DNA of 64,000 bases from Octopus sinensis. Its lineage: Eukaryota. This document shows, in pieces, positions 12,465 through 24,800 of this stretch. Location of the stretch: the NCBI RefSeq assembly GCF_006345805.1, contig NC_042999.1:154752001-154816000 (forward strand). The letters are read 5' to 3'. The notes under the pieces were generated by a model. It saw nothing but the letters and a program-made list of their open reading frames with translations. It was not told the origin of the DNA and did not search any database. Position 1 is the stretch's first letter, and each line of letters opens with the position of its first letter. Position numbers and translations under genes: made by a program.

Positions 12465-12974
12465 CAACTGCAGCGTGGAAGGTGTTTATAAGCCATTTAA
12501 GAAACACACAAAAACCGTTAGATTCACTTCAACATTTAAATTTAATTTGTCAAAATATTTTCGTCGCTTTGAAACCGCGATCTGTTCACTGATAAAACTT
12601 CGTGTTGCAACACGAACAACACTATCTTCGCAAAAAGAAATGTTGTTGATAAGAGCTATCCAATTTCTTAGAAGACGTAAACACGTTCCGATTCGAGTTC
12701 AGTAAACGTAATACGTCATCAAATTATTCTATATTAAACAAACGTTTGATGATCTTAATTAAGCTCAGGGATCTTGAATACAAAACCGAAGTTTCTAGAA
12801 TCTTTTATTTATAACTTGTGTACATGGTGAGCGGTACGAAAATATATGCTTTGCTGTTACAACCACTCGTTGCTTCCTGTTTGCCGTCTGATAGTAGGTA
12901 GCTGCTTGCAATGCAACCACGTATTCTTGAATCGTAGCAGATATGTTGTTACTTTCTTTTAAAAAAATAATAAT

Positions 12975-13220
12975 AAATGCGCCCTTTTAAAGCCTAGCCA
13001 AGGTCATGGGCACGGTACCCCGGTTTCTATGGCGTATGTGTTCCCCAGCTGGACGGGACGCCAGTCCATCGCAGCGTTACTCATTTTTGCCAGCTGATGG
13101 ACTGGAGCAACATGAAATGAAGTGTTTTGCTCAAGAAAACAACTCGTCGCCCGGTCCAGTAATCGAAATCACAATCTTACGATCATGATGCTGACACCCT
13201 AACCACTAAGCCACGCACCT
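12975..13220 (-). mobile_element. SINE family C variant (tRNA-like head plus CORE-like TTGAGCAAxACACTT segment)
   Basis: Head reverse complement ...aaccactaagccacgcacc. Confidence 0.75.
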
Positions 13221-13974
13221 CCACACTTTCTTTTTACTAACATTGAATTCTTGTAAATTCGTTTTGGTTGCAAACACCATTGTTGCAACAAACACTTGGT
13301 TTTCATATAGTCATTTTGTTTACTTTGAAAGCGACGGCATGTGAAGTTGTATTTTTGAAACCTGACGCGCGAAACTCTTAAAAACAACGGTGTGTCAGGT
13401 AAAGTTATTTGATTAAAACAGATTAGAATGTGAAGGTGTGATGTAACAGAAATAGTTTATTTGGACGTTTTGTTACAGCGCACCTTGATAGCCGCTTCTT
13501 TAATTAAATAACGCTTATGTTGCTCTTACATCTCATTAGTAAAACCACCCGCAGTAATTAAAGGTGTAAAGATAGATCAAAGAGTTTTAGTTCGACCCTT
13601 TAACATAGTGGAGTGACGGTAAACACACACACACACACCTTGTGAGTGAATTTGGTAGAAAGAAACTGAAAGAAGGCTATCGACTGTTTACGTCCCCGTA
13701 AACTAGTGTTTGATAAAAGAGGCCGATAGCATAAGTACCAATTTTTTTTTTTTTAACTAGTACTGAGGTCAATTCTTTTGACTAATATTCTTCGAGATGG
13801 TGCCCAAGGATGTCTGCAGTCTAATAACTGAAGCAAGTAAAAGAACTAAATAGTAAAATAGTATAATTTTCAGTGATTAGAAATAGTAATTTATAGATCG
13901 TTGACGTTAGAAACAGAGATAAGTGGAGCGAAAGGCATTTTGTTTGTGAATGTCACAATACGTCAAAATATTCT

Positions 13975-14932
13975 TTTCTATTCTAGACACAAGGCCCGAA
14001 ATTTTGAGGGAGAGTACCAGTCGATTAGATCGACCCCAGTACGCGATTGGTACCTAATCTATCGACCACGAAAGGATGAAAGGCAAAGTCGGCCTCGGTG
14101 GATATTGAATTCAGAAAATAAGGACAGACGAAATATCACTAAGCATTTCGCCCGACGTGCTAACGTTTCTTATTTCTTTATTGCCTACAAGGGGCTAAAC
14201 ATAGGAGGGACAAACAAGGACAGACAAAGGGATTAAATCGATTACATCGACCCAGTACGCGACTAGTACTTAATCTATCGACTCCGAAAGGTTGAAAGGC
14301 AAAGTCGACCTAGGCGGAATTTGAACTCAGAACATAACGGCAGACGAAATACCTATTTCTTTACTACCCACAAGGGGCTAAACACAGAGAGGACAAACAA
14401 GGACAGACAAACGGATTAAGTCGATTATATCGACCCCAGTGCGTAACTGGTACTTATTTAATCGACCCTTAAAGGATGAAAGGCAAAGTCGGCCTCGGCG
14501 GAATTTGAACTCAGAACGTAAAGACAGACGAACTACCTATTTCTTTACTACCCACAAGGGGTGGAATTTGAACTCAGAACGAAGCAGCAGACGAACTACC
14601 GCTAAGCATTTCGCCCGCTGTGCTAACGTTTCTTATTTCTTTATTGCCCACAAGGGGCTACACACAGAGGGGACAAACAAGGACAAACAAACGGATTATG
14701 TCGATTATATCGACCTCAGTGCGTAACTGGTACTTATTTAATCGAAACCGAAAGGATGAAAGGCAAAGTCGACCAAGGCGGAATTTGAACTCAGAACGTA
14801 AAGACAGACGAACTACCTATTTCTTTACTACCCACAAGGGGTGGAATTTGCACTCAGAACGTAGCGGCAGACGAACTAAGCATTTCGCTAAGCATTTCGC
14901 CCGCTGTGCTAACGTTTCTGCGAGCTCGCCGC
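13975..14932 (-). mobile_element. Tandem multimer of SINE B units
   Basis: Six or so units with recurrent junctions and a local ~280-bp duplication. Confidence 0.88.
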
Positions 14933-15271
14933 CTAACAAGGCGTCAAAATATTATATTTTGATTGGGTAAAACAATTTTTAGTTGAGCTGAGTTTTCGCT
15001 CTGAATTAAATTTAAAAAGAAAAGAGGTCATTGGTTCATCATTCATTGTATTTCGAGGACTGATGAAAAGAGGTAACCACTACCAATGTATGTAACATCC
15101 TCATAACACTGTTATAAACGGGAAATAGATCTAAATCCAAAACTTCACCTTGAAAAACTCGATTTTCAACAAGATTTTGAAGAGGAGCTATGTTCAGTAT
15201 GAACAATAACGATTAATTATGATTATTTTTAATAAGTATAAAATATGCAATTAATTAGAATATATAACTAA

Positions 15272-15566
15272 GAAGGAGTGGCTGTGTGGAAAGTAGTTTG
15301 CTTACCAACCACATCGTTCCGGGTTCAGTCCCACTGCGTGGCACCGTCGGCAAGTGTCTTCTACTATGGCCTAGGGCCGACCAAAGCCTTGTGAGTGGAT
15401 TTGGTAGACAGAAACTGAAAGAAGCCCGTCGTATATATGTATATATATATATCACGTGATCACGTGACCGACCAGACCATCAGATGTTGTTACACATCGC
15501 TGATCACAATGCGTTCGCATTGTTTTAGCCTCCGAATGACGCCACCACGCTAGCTAAGCGAGCAGG

Positions 15567-15617
<51 letters not shown>

Positions 15618-15840
15618 GTGTGTATATGTTTGTGTGTCTGTATTTGTCCCCTCAACATCGCTTGACAACCGATGCTGGTGTGCTTACATTCCTGTAACTT
15701 AGCGGTTCGGCAAAAGAGACCGATTGAATAAGTACTAGGCTTACAAAGAATAAGTCCTGGGGTCGATTTGCACGACTAAAAGGCGGTGCTCCAGCGTGGC
15801 CACACTCAAATGACTGAAACCAGTAAAAGAGTAAAAGAGT
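15272..15840 (+). mobile_element. Full SINE A carrying a ~120-bp internal module (TCACGTGATCACGTGA...)
   Basis: Head, (TA)n, module at 15452-15570, (TA)n, 3' half. Confidence 0.85.
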
Positions 15841-15866
15841 ATTGAGTTTACGGTCGTAATAAACTA

Positions 15867-16254
15867 GGCTGTGTGGTAAGTAGCTTGCCTACCAACCACA
15901 TGGTTCCGGGTTCAGTCCCACTGCGTGGCACCTTGGGCAAGTATCTTCTACTATAGCCTCGGGTCGACCAAAGCCTTGTGAGTGGATTTGGTAGACGGAA
16001 ACTGAAAGAAGCCCGTCGTATATATGTATATATATATATGCGTGTGTGTGTTTGTGTGTCTGTGTTTGTCCCCTAGCATTGCTTGACAACCGATGCTGGT
16101 GTGTTTATGTCCCCGTTACTTAGCGGTTCGGCAAAATAGACCGATAGAATAAGTACTGGGCTTACAAAAGAATAAGTCCCGGGGTCGAGTTGCTCGATTA
16201 AAGGCGGTGCTCCAGCATGGCCGCAGTCAAATGACTGAAACAAGTAAAAGAGTA
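15867..16254 (+). mobile_element. Near-full SINE A ending ~20 nt inside intron 1
   Basis: Direct match to the other SINE A copies. Confidence 0.9.
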
Positions 16255-16273
16255 TGGAATAAAATGTACTTAC

Positions 16274-16736
16274 CAAATGCTAGGCTGACAAAAATTCTAC
16301 CAGGTAAAGTGTAATATACTCCAGTCGTCTGAAGAATCGACCCAATAATATGCAGGACACCAGATAACAAAATGGTCTTCTTTCGTCCAATTTTGTCCGA
16401 CAATTGGCCACAGACGATGGAACCAAGCATAGCTGCTCCGCTCGTAACTCCTACTAAACGTTCTTTCCAGCGTATTTCACCAGGGAAATCTTTCTTTAAC
16501 AGCAGGTAACCAGATACGGCCAACATCTGATAACCCATCAGGAATGACATACATAAGCAGCACAGCATCAACGCAACAAACCGTGAAGTTATTTTCGGTT
16601 CGTTTGTTTCTGTTTTCCGGGGATCGTTCGCTTGTTGTTCATTAGATTCCTGTGGTTTCGATACCAGCTCCATAAGGTCTGTCTTCGCTGAGTCTTTTTC
16701 GTGCGAAGAACGAGTCAGTTCGTCGATAAGCGTCAT
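16274..16736 (-). CDS. SLC2A13: SLC2A13/HMIT-like (proton myo-inositol cotransporter-like) sugar porter, first coding exon (TM1-TM4)
   Basis: ATG at 16736 with an in-frame TGA upstream; the ORF track starts at a GTG. It encodes FLMGYQMLAVSG, WKERLVG, motif A GQLSDKIGRKK and GRIFVSLAFG. It ends at a phase-1 donor G|GTAAGT (16273-16268). Confidence 0.88.
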
Positions 16737-16812
16737 AATGTTCACACTTCTGCTTAAGATGTGTTTTGTTTGAGTAACTGATTCTCAGAAGCAGTTTTTA
16801 TATTCAAATGCT
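16737..16812 (-). other. 5'UTR portion and putative splice acceptor upstream of the start codon
   Basis: The minus strand reads ttttcgttcttctttcAG|CATTTG at 16812/16810, a polypyrimidine tract plus AG 74 nt before the ATG. This implies an unlocated upstream non-coding exon. Confidence 0.45.
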
Positions 16813-16879
16813 GAAAGAAGAACGAAAATAGACACATTTTATTTTAGACTAATCGCACATGCAGAACATAGCGAAAAAG

Positions 16880-16881
16880 AA

Positions 16882-16933
<52 letters not shown>

Positions 16934-17243
16934 GAGTAATAATAGAGAGAGCGAGAGAAAGAATGAGGGAAGGCGAGACATATAGAAGAGAAGCGACAGA
17001 GTCAGAGTTGAAGGAGGAGAAAGGAAGGAAGAAAGAAGAGAAGGAAAGAAAAGAAGAAAGAAAGAAAGAAAGAAAGAAAAGAAGAAAGAAAGGAAGGAAG
17101 AAAGAAAGAAGGAAAGAAAGAAAAGAAGAAAGAAAGAAAGAAGGAAAGAAAGAAAGGAAGAAAGAAGGAAAGAAAGGAAGAAAGAAGGAAGGAAGGAAAG
17201 AAAGAAGGAAAGAAAGAAAAAAGAAAGAAAGAAGGAAAGAAAA

Positions 17244-17295
<52 letters not shown>

Positions 17296-17420
17296 GAAGA
17301 AGGAAAGAAGGAAAGGAAGAAAGGAAGAAAGAAGGAAAGAAAGAAAGAAAAGAAGAAAGAAGGAAAGAAAGAAAGAAAGGAAGGAAGAAAGAAAGAAAGG
17401 AAGAAAGAAAGAAAGCGAGC
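16880..17420. repeat. (AAT)n followed by a ~430-bp homopurine (GAAA/GGAA)n tract
   Basis: Direct sequence. Confidence 0.95.
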
Positions 17421-17924
17421 GAACAATGAAGAGAACAAATGAAAATAATTCCCGTAAACAAATTTCACAAAATGTGAGAAACATATTTATTCGTTTATTT
17501 ATTCATTTATTTATTGTTCTTGTTGTTGTCGTTGTAGTCGATGTCACCGTCGTGGTGGTTGTTGTTTAACGAAGCTGTGATCACAAATATTTCAGCCTTG
17601 ACAATCCTTTCCTAGATTCGGATAATGCTTATCTAGAACTTACCCGAAGGTGGTGTGACTTTTTCTCGTTTTCTTTTGATACAAAAAAAAAAAAAAAAAA
17701 AAAACAAACAAAAAACAGAAGATGGAGGATGGTTCTGGGGTTGGGCGGTGGGGTTCAAGGTTTTTTTTTTTTTATAAAGAAAAATTGTTCTTTTAAACTT
17801 TCTGATGCACCGAATAACAAATAAAACAAAATGTGCGCGTGCGCGCTCGCGCTCATGTGAGCATGTGCTTGCGTGTATGTATGTATGTATGTATGTATGT
17901 ATGTATGTATGTATGTATGTTTAT

Positions 17925-18477
17925 GTCAGGTCACTTTCGAGTGCTACTGGTAACATGTAACCCAGTACAACCTGTTGCATGGTCGGGTCGTCGGGGACTA
18001 AACCGGCAACCCCACCAAGCTTGCTTGGTGAGGAGGGTGTTTATTGGACACCCTGCGGGACGAAAAACAAAACCCGCCATTGGGCGGAGAAACTCTTGAG
18101 AGTCAACGGCCATCCAATAAATGTCTTAAGGCTGTATCATGCGCGGGGACATAGAAATAATCGGACTGAATACCCGATCGCGCGGTTAAACCTATGGTAG
18201 TGAAGGACTCCTAGCCTTTGTTAAGGCATCCTTCTAGGAGAAGGTAACTCAGGTAACTGGGATAACTCCGACATAAAACCTGCGGCTCAGTGGTTACCGA
18301 TGATGTTGACTTGTTCTTCTTTTCGGATTATGGCTGCTGTTGCTTAGTGAGTGGGATTGACTCAGTGCAGAGCCTTTCCTCACTTTAAAAAAATTCTTCT
18401 TGCAGGCATTGCACGATAACAACATTGATTAAGCTTCGTGCAATGGCCATACTCGATAGCGAGGGGGTAGCCACCAT
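17925..18477 (+). mobile_element. Bipartite non-autonomous RTE derivative (putative 5'UTR plus 3' tail) in (TATG)n
   Basis: Its 3' end TTAAGCTT.GTGCAATGGCCATACTCGATA is shared with 30278-30307. The 5' part is hairpin-rich and has no RT. Confidence 0.65.
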
Positions 18478-19694
18478 GTATGTATGTATGTATGTATGTA
18501 TGTATGTATGTATGTATGTATGTATGTATGTATGTATGTATGTATGTATGTATGTATGTTTGTATGTATGCATGTATGTATGTAGGTATGTGTGTGCATG
18601 TGTGTATATCATTGGATATGTACGGTATATATGTGTGTACACACACACACACATATGCATATCAAAATAAGCAACAAGGATATCCAGAGGTAATGGAGTA
18701 CGATCGTTTCATGCAACACCATTTAATTGAACAATGCAATCATTACATCAATTTAAAATGCAAAGCAATCTTCAGCTGCACGAAGACATAGAATTTAATT
18801 AAATTAGAACAGATGGACACATTAGTATAATTATACCTAAAGTCTCCAAGAAGTTAAGGAGATAGACAAAGAACATGCTGTCTCACTCCAGTTTAGAAGT
18901 TACTGAATTTTCAAGAAGATATACATTGTTACAGACTCTGCTTGTTACCGATCTTTTGTTTTTATGGGGTCAGCTTTTATGGGGTCAGTTTTAATTTACA
19001 GACTAGTTTATGAAATCCCTTGTATATTTAAGGCTTAGGGAACAGAGGGGTAAGGCTGAGAGAGCAGACAGACATCATAGCTAGTATAGTCATAAAAATC
19101 AAGATTTATTAGAAGCAATATCATGAGGTTTGGCAAAGGAAAACTTAAAACAAGATGTGAATTACTTCACCAGGTTAGCAGCAAACAACCTGCGAAAACC
19201 TCCTGTACCAAGTGAACCCGGCAGTAGCATTGTAGCCACCAGTTCTTATACATGTGCCTCAACCGGCTCTGCATTACAGCCACAACTTCTTGATACAGCA
19301 TTTCAACTATCATGTACCTTGACTACGAACTGGTATTTATCATCCGTGTGTCTGAACATTCTTCTAAGGTCATATTATAGACTCTTTCAACGCTCTTGCA
19401 CACGCACTTCGTATACATGACGGCCTGTCTATCATTATGTATATACATGACGCATACACACACATGTTAACATATAAATAAAATCTTCTCTTAAACATTC
19501 TACCCAGTTGTGACTCTCTTCCTTCTGGCACTTATACTCATTTATTCTCTTCATATATATTGTATTGACCTTGTGATGTGCAAAGGAGCCATTCTCTTCA
19601 CCTCTCCTTCGCACGGTCATTTACATATATATATATATATAAATATTATATATATATATATATATGTATGTATATCTGTGTGTGCATGTGGGTA

Positions 19695-19726
<32 letters not shown>

Positions 19727-21329
19727 CACCCGGTATTATCTGGAAAATGGGGTAGATCAGCTTGTGACCGATTTTTGAATCCTCGAATGAGAATCGTATC
19801 ATTTTGCATAAATGTTTCACTTCAAACATAGTGTTGCTATCCAAACACATACACACATGCAAACATACACACGTACACACACACATGTACGCGCACGGGT
19901 ACATACATGCCTGAATTCATACATGTACATACACATAAAATACATACATACAGATACACACACAGATCCATATACATACATAAATGCATACATACACATA
20001 CATAGATGCAGATACATTCATTCATACATACATACATGCACAAATACAAGTTCAAGTTTATACCTGTAATTATTGGGGCCCTGGGATATGTAACACACTG
20101 CCTAAATACCAATCTTGAGAAATTAGGCTTCTAAAAACCAGAAAGGAGAAAGCTAATTCAAGGATTATAGATCCAATCCATGACTGGAACTGTAAAAATC
20201 TGTAAAACTTTCCAGAAGTTTATCATTTAAGTGTATATGAGCATGTCTAGATATGCCACTATATGCATGAGAATACATACATAAAACATACAAATTTGCA
20301 CTTATACATACATACATACATACATACATACATACATACATACATACATACATACATACATACATACATACATACAAATATAAATACCCCGTTGTTGATA
20401 TTGAAATTCTAATGAAGGTACCTTGAATTTACGTTAGAAACCGGTTCTTACTCTATTGGCAAGAAATCTTGAAATAAAACTGAACAATGATATACATATA
20501 TGCTCGCATGCACACATTTCTGCACTGGTACAGGATTTTAAATTTTTTATAATTTTTTTATTTGTATTTTCACTACGCGCATTTCACTAAACAATTACAA
20601 AAGGAAATGACGCGCGCGCACATACACACGGAAATACTGGTTCAATATCTAGTATTTGGGGTGAATTAATTACCATACACGGGCATCACCGGTGCAATTA
20701 CTTTCATTATAATATCCTTACTTCAAATGTTGAGTTTTAGTGAATGATCCTGCTGTCTTCAATGCCTGTCTATCGCGTGTGGTGGGTGGATCGTCAAGTT
20801 GCCGCACGCATTTTTAGTAGCTTAGAGTAGGCTCGAATTAGAGATTATTCTTTGTGGCTAATGGCGTAAGTCCTGATTGGAAGAAGAAAGAAGACAGCAG
20901 ATGCTACTGCCACTACCACCACTGACACAAAATAACAACAAAGACAACTGTAACATAATCAAACATGACAGTATCAACAATGATGACAATTCCACAAAAG
21001 AAAAAAAAAATATCCTTCGCGTATGTTACAGATCAATGGATTTCTCATTCTCTCGAAGGTAGAGCAGACGCCGTTTAAAAATATGAAAACGATGTTATTC
21101 GCTCTGGAATCATTTTAATCGTAGAAGAGAAGGTGCTGTGTACCAGAAACGAAAAAGATGCATATTTTAGAAGTGGATCAATCAAAGAAGAAAGAAGCCA
21201 TAGTAGCCATCCCCATCCGAAATCGAGAAATGTCTGAAAATGTGTAACATTCCGTAGAAAACACCGTCCGAGGAAATCAACACGGGGCGGCCAGGAAGCG
21301 TGAGGGTCAGTTTATGCTATGCCTATTAG

Positions 21330-21860
21330 GTAGCCTAATAAAAACGCTAAATATGATGTGGATGACCGACTGTGGTATGACCACGTCCATCTTGGTGTAT
21401 TTGGGAAATGGAGGCAAAGCCTGTCAGATAGTTGGAAATGCCTGAAAAAGTTTGCGAGGCTTTTGTCCCCAACTCTCCTCTCCGCTACTTCCACATAAAT
21501 CTCTGCTTGTGTCCAAGGCCCCATTCCAATCACCCACTAACACTAATGAGCGAGATGTTGCAAGGAAAGCTCGAAGGATAGCCACAAGATTCAACTCCGA
21601 CCAATTTCTGAATGTCGAATGTTGTGTGACCAAAGAAGATAGAAAGATCCAAGTAAAATAGAGAACAGAGGAAGACAGGTCTATTACAAAGAGATGTGAC
21701 AGAGTGACGCTGTTGTAAGATAGCGAGAGGAGGTACTTTGCTGAGAGAAGTAAGGCTGAGCTAGGGGGAAAGAATAAACAGGTAAAAGGAGGAGGTGATA
21801 CTTGGGGAAGGGGTTTAGTGGTTTATCGACGAGGAAACCAAAGGCTGAGGGTGAAAGATG
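21330..21860 (-). mobile_element. Tx1/L1-clade AP-endonuclease remnant
   Basis: FLATSRSLVLVGDWN and FQLSDR...PRWTWS in adjacent frames. Confidence 0.75.
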
Positions 21861-22779
21861 GTAGAATAGAACAATGAAGAGAAAACCGTGGGGAACTGAC
21901 AAAATGGAAGGTTGAGGAGTAGAAAAATGAAGAATGAAGAATGAAAAACGAAAAGACAGAAATATTAGAAAAAAACTAACTTAAAGAAAAAAATTTAAGA
22001 AATTGAAAAATGAAATTAAAATGAAAACGAAAAGATGACGAGAAACTGAAGTATTAATATAAATATATTTATTTATATGAACAATGAACAGTGGGGAGGT
22101 CTTTGGAAATCCAAAGAGGAAGACAGGTTACAAAGGGGTGGAGAGAAATAAGGGGATGATATGAGTCACTTAATGGAAGAAAGGGCATTGTACTAACAAA
22201 ATTTGGAAGAAGGACAGTCATAAAACATCAGTGTTTGTAGTCAGGTTAACACACATTACCATATTAGCATTGTATATCGGTTAAAATTCTTCAACCGTCA
22301 TGTTGAAATTTGATATGGGCTTTTTAATACACATGGTCAATCTAAGACTGTGATATTTGGTGATTACTGCTATCAAACATTGCATGGGAATTATATTAGA
22401 AAAGGAAAGGCTGTTAGTAGTAGCCATATTGTGGAGGACAAGAGTGCTCTTCTTCGTCAGGATATAAATACTGAAAGATCGAGAGATGGTAAGTCGAAAT
22501 GGAATGGAGTCAAGTTAAAATTGTTGAAAGTCAAATTTAAATTCAGATTAATCTAATTGGACGGGTTTTGAATTTTAAACCAATAAAAGGCCTACGGATT
22601 AAAATCTGAACAAAAGTCAAGATTTCTAAGTTTAGCATTAAAGCAAACTAAGATATAAAAGAATTAAAATAAACCACCTTTCTGCTAGTTCTTGATCCCA
22701 TGCTAATATCAGTTCTTGTCCTTCGAGGCAAAGAATTCCGTTCACTGAAGCTTCCACTACTTCTTGGTTGATGAAGCGT

Positions 22780-23592
22780 TAAATTTGAACTCAGAACGTA
22801 AAGATAGACGAAATACCTATTTCTTTACTACCCACAAGGGGCTGAACACAGAGGGGATGAACAAGGACAGTGCGTTACTGGTACTTATTTAATCGACCCC
22901 GAAAGGAAGAAAGGCAAAGTGGATCTCGGTGGAATTTGAACTCAGAACGTAACGGCAGACGAAATACCTATTTCTTTATTACCCACAAGGGGCTAAACAC
23001 AGAGGGGACAAACAAGGACAGACATAGGTATTAAGTCGATTACATCGACCCCAGTGCGTAACTGGTACTTAATTTATCGACCCCGAAAGGATGAAAGGCA
23101 AAGTCGACCTCGGCGGAATTTGAACTCACAACGTAACGCAGACGAAATACCGCTAAGCATTTCGCCCGACGTGCCAACGTTTCTTATTTCTTTATTGCAC
23201 ACAAGGGGCTAAACATAGAGGGGACAAACAAGGACAGACAAAGGGATTAAGTCGATTAGATCTACCCCAGTGCATAAATGGTACTTAATTTATCGACCCC
23301 GAAAGGATGAAAGGTAAAGTCGACCTCGGCAGAATTTGAACTCAGAACGTAACGGCAGGTGAAATACCTATTTCTTTACTACCCACAAGGGGCTAAACAC
23401 AGAGAGGACAAACAAGGATAGACAAACGGATTAAGTCGATTATATCGATCCCAGTACGTAACTGGTACTTATTTAATCGACCGCGAAAGGATGAAAGGCA
23501 AAGTCGACCAAGGCGGAATTTGAACTCAGAACGTAACGGCAGATGAAATACCGCTAAGCATTTCGCCCGGCGTGCTAACGTTTCTGCCAGCT
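22780..23592 (-). mobile_element. Tandem multimer of SINE B units
   Basis: Unit starts at ~22818, 22969, 23185 and 23369; head ends at ~23592. Confidence 0.9.
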
Positions 23593-24074
23593 CGTACTAC
23601 GGGTTTCCGCTCGTACTTCAAGACAAAAATCCGCACGGGTCTCGGCTCGTACAGCAAATTACTCGTACAATGGGGCACTCGTACTGCGAGGTTCTACCTT
23701 ATATTATATATGCATATATATAGTTGTGTGATGTGTGTGTGTGTGTGTGCGTGTGTTTATATTTTATAGACTGCTTTCATTTTGGTCGCAGCAAATTTAA
23801 TAATACACCATTAATTTGATAAATATATCGACCTCAAATACAAATCAAAACTGACTTTTAAAATAAGGAAAGCGTATAAACAAAAGATGGCAAGAAAGCA
23901 GAGTGACTTCCCTTAGTTTGTTGTCAGAACGTTGCTTTCAAGAAATTTTCGAACATTCTTGCTGACTTTTTCAAACGATAGAGAATAAACGCGTAAAAGC
24001 AGAGACCAAACAAGATAAGCGAACGCATAGACTATGATGTTAAGGCGAACGCCGAGTCGTTTAAAGTTATTTGA

Positions 24075-24116
<42 letters not shown>

Positions 24117-24379
24117 TGTGTGTGTGTAAGTGTGTGTGTGTGTGTGTGTAGTAAGTCTCTGTTTCAATTTGAACTAGAATTTATTTTTGTTTTATGAATT
24201 AAGAAAATTTTCGTAAACGCGAAAAAGGAACTTTCAAATTGCATAATGACGTCACTAAATTTCTGACCAATGAAATTTTAGATGTTTTTCAAACGCCTTG
24301 CAGATGCGAGTGTTACCAGTTGAAAGCCCCCGCATAGTGGAAGCGAACAAGCTTGTAGGGTCATCAGCAGATCTAAGCT

Positions 24380-24800
24380 ACGGGGATGTAAGCACACTAA
24401 AATCGGTTGTCAAGCAATGGTGTGGGGACCAAACACAGACACACAAATACATACATACATACATACATACATACTCTTTTACCTGTTTCAGTCATTTGAC
24501 TGTGGCCATGCTGGAGCACCGCCTTTAGTCGAGCAAATCAACCCCAGGACTGTAAGCCTAGTACTTATTCTATCGGTCTCTTTTGCCGAACCGCAAACAT
24601 ACACACACACACACAAACATATATACACACACACAAACATATATATACACACACACACACACACAAACATATATACACACACACATATATATATATAAAT
24701 ACATACATACATACGACGGGCTTCTTTCAGTTTTCGGCTACCCAATCCACTCATAAAACTTTGGTCGGCCCGAGGCTATAGTAGAAGACACTTGCCCAAG
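24380..24800 (-). mobile_element. SINE A with expanded internal CA/TA microsatellite
   Basis: Direct match. Confidence 0.85.

Noticed and set aside
12560-12625. Possible degenerate hammerhead near the TTCGTGTT/AACACGAA hairpin
   Set aside because: The CUGANGA box is not recoverable on either strand.
16227-16273. ORF-track tail KYILFHTLLLVSVI and GTG start at 16745
   Set aside because: The tail is intron plus SINE read-through, and the first ATG is at 16736.
16839-17484. 150-210 aa Phe/Leu/Ser-rich and Lys/Glu/Arg-rich ORFs
   Set aside because: Translations of the (GAAA)n tract
17637-17700. CGG|GTAAGT donor on the minus strand as the missing 5'UTR exon
   Set aside because: A good donor consensus, but no acceptor or promoter support; such hexamers are frequent by chance.
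13975-23592. Regularly repeated units resembling a CRISPR array
   Set aside because: Eukaryotic SINE multimers with ~180-bp units and no unique spacers or cas genes
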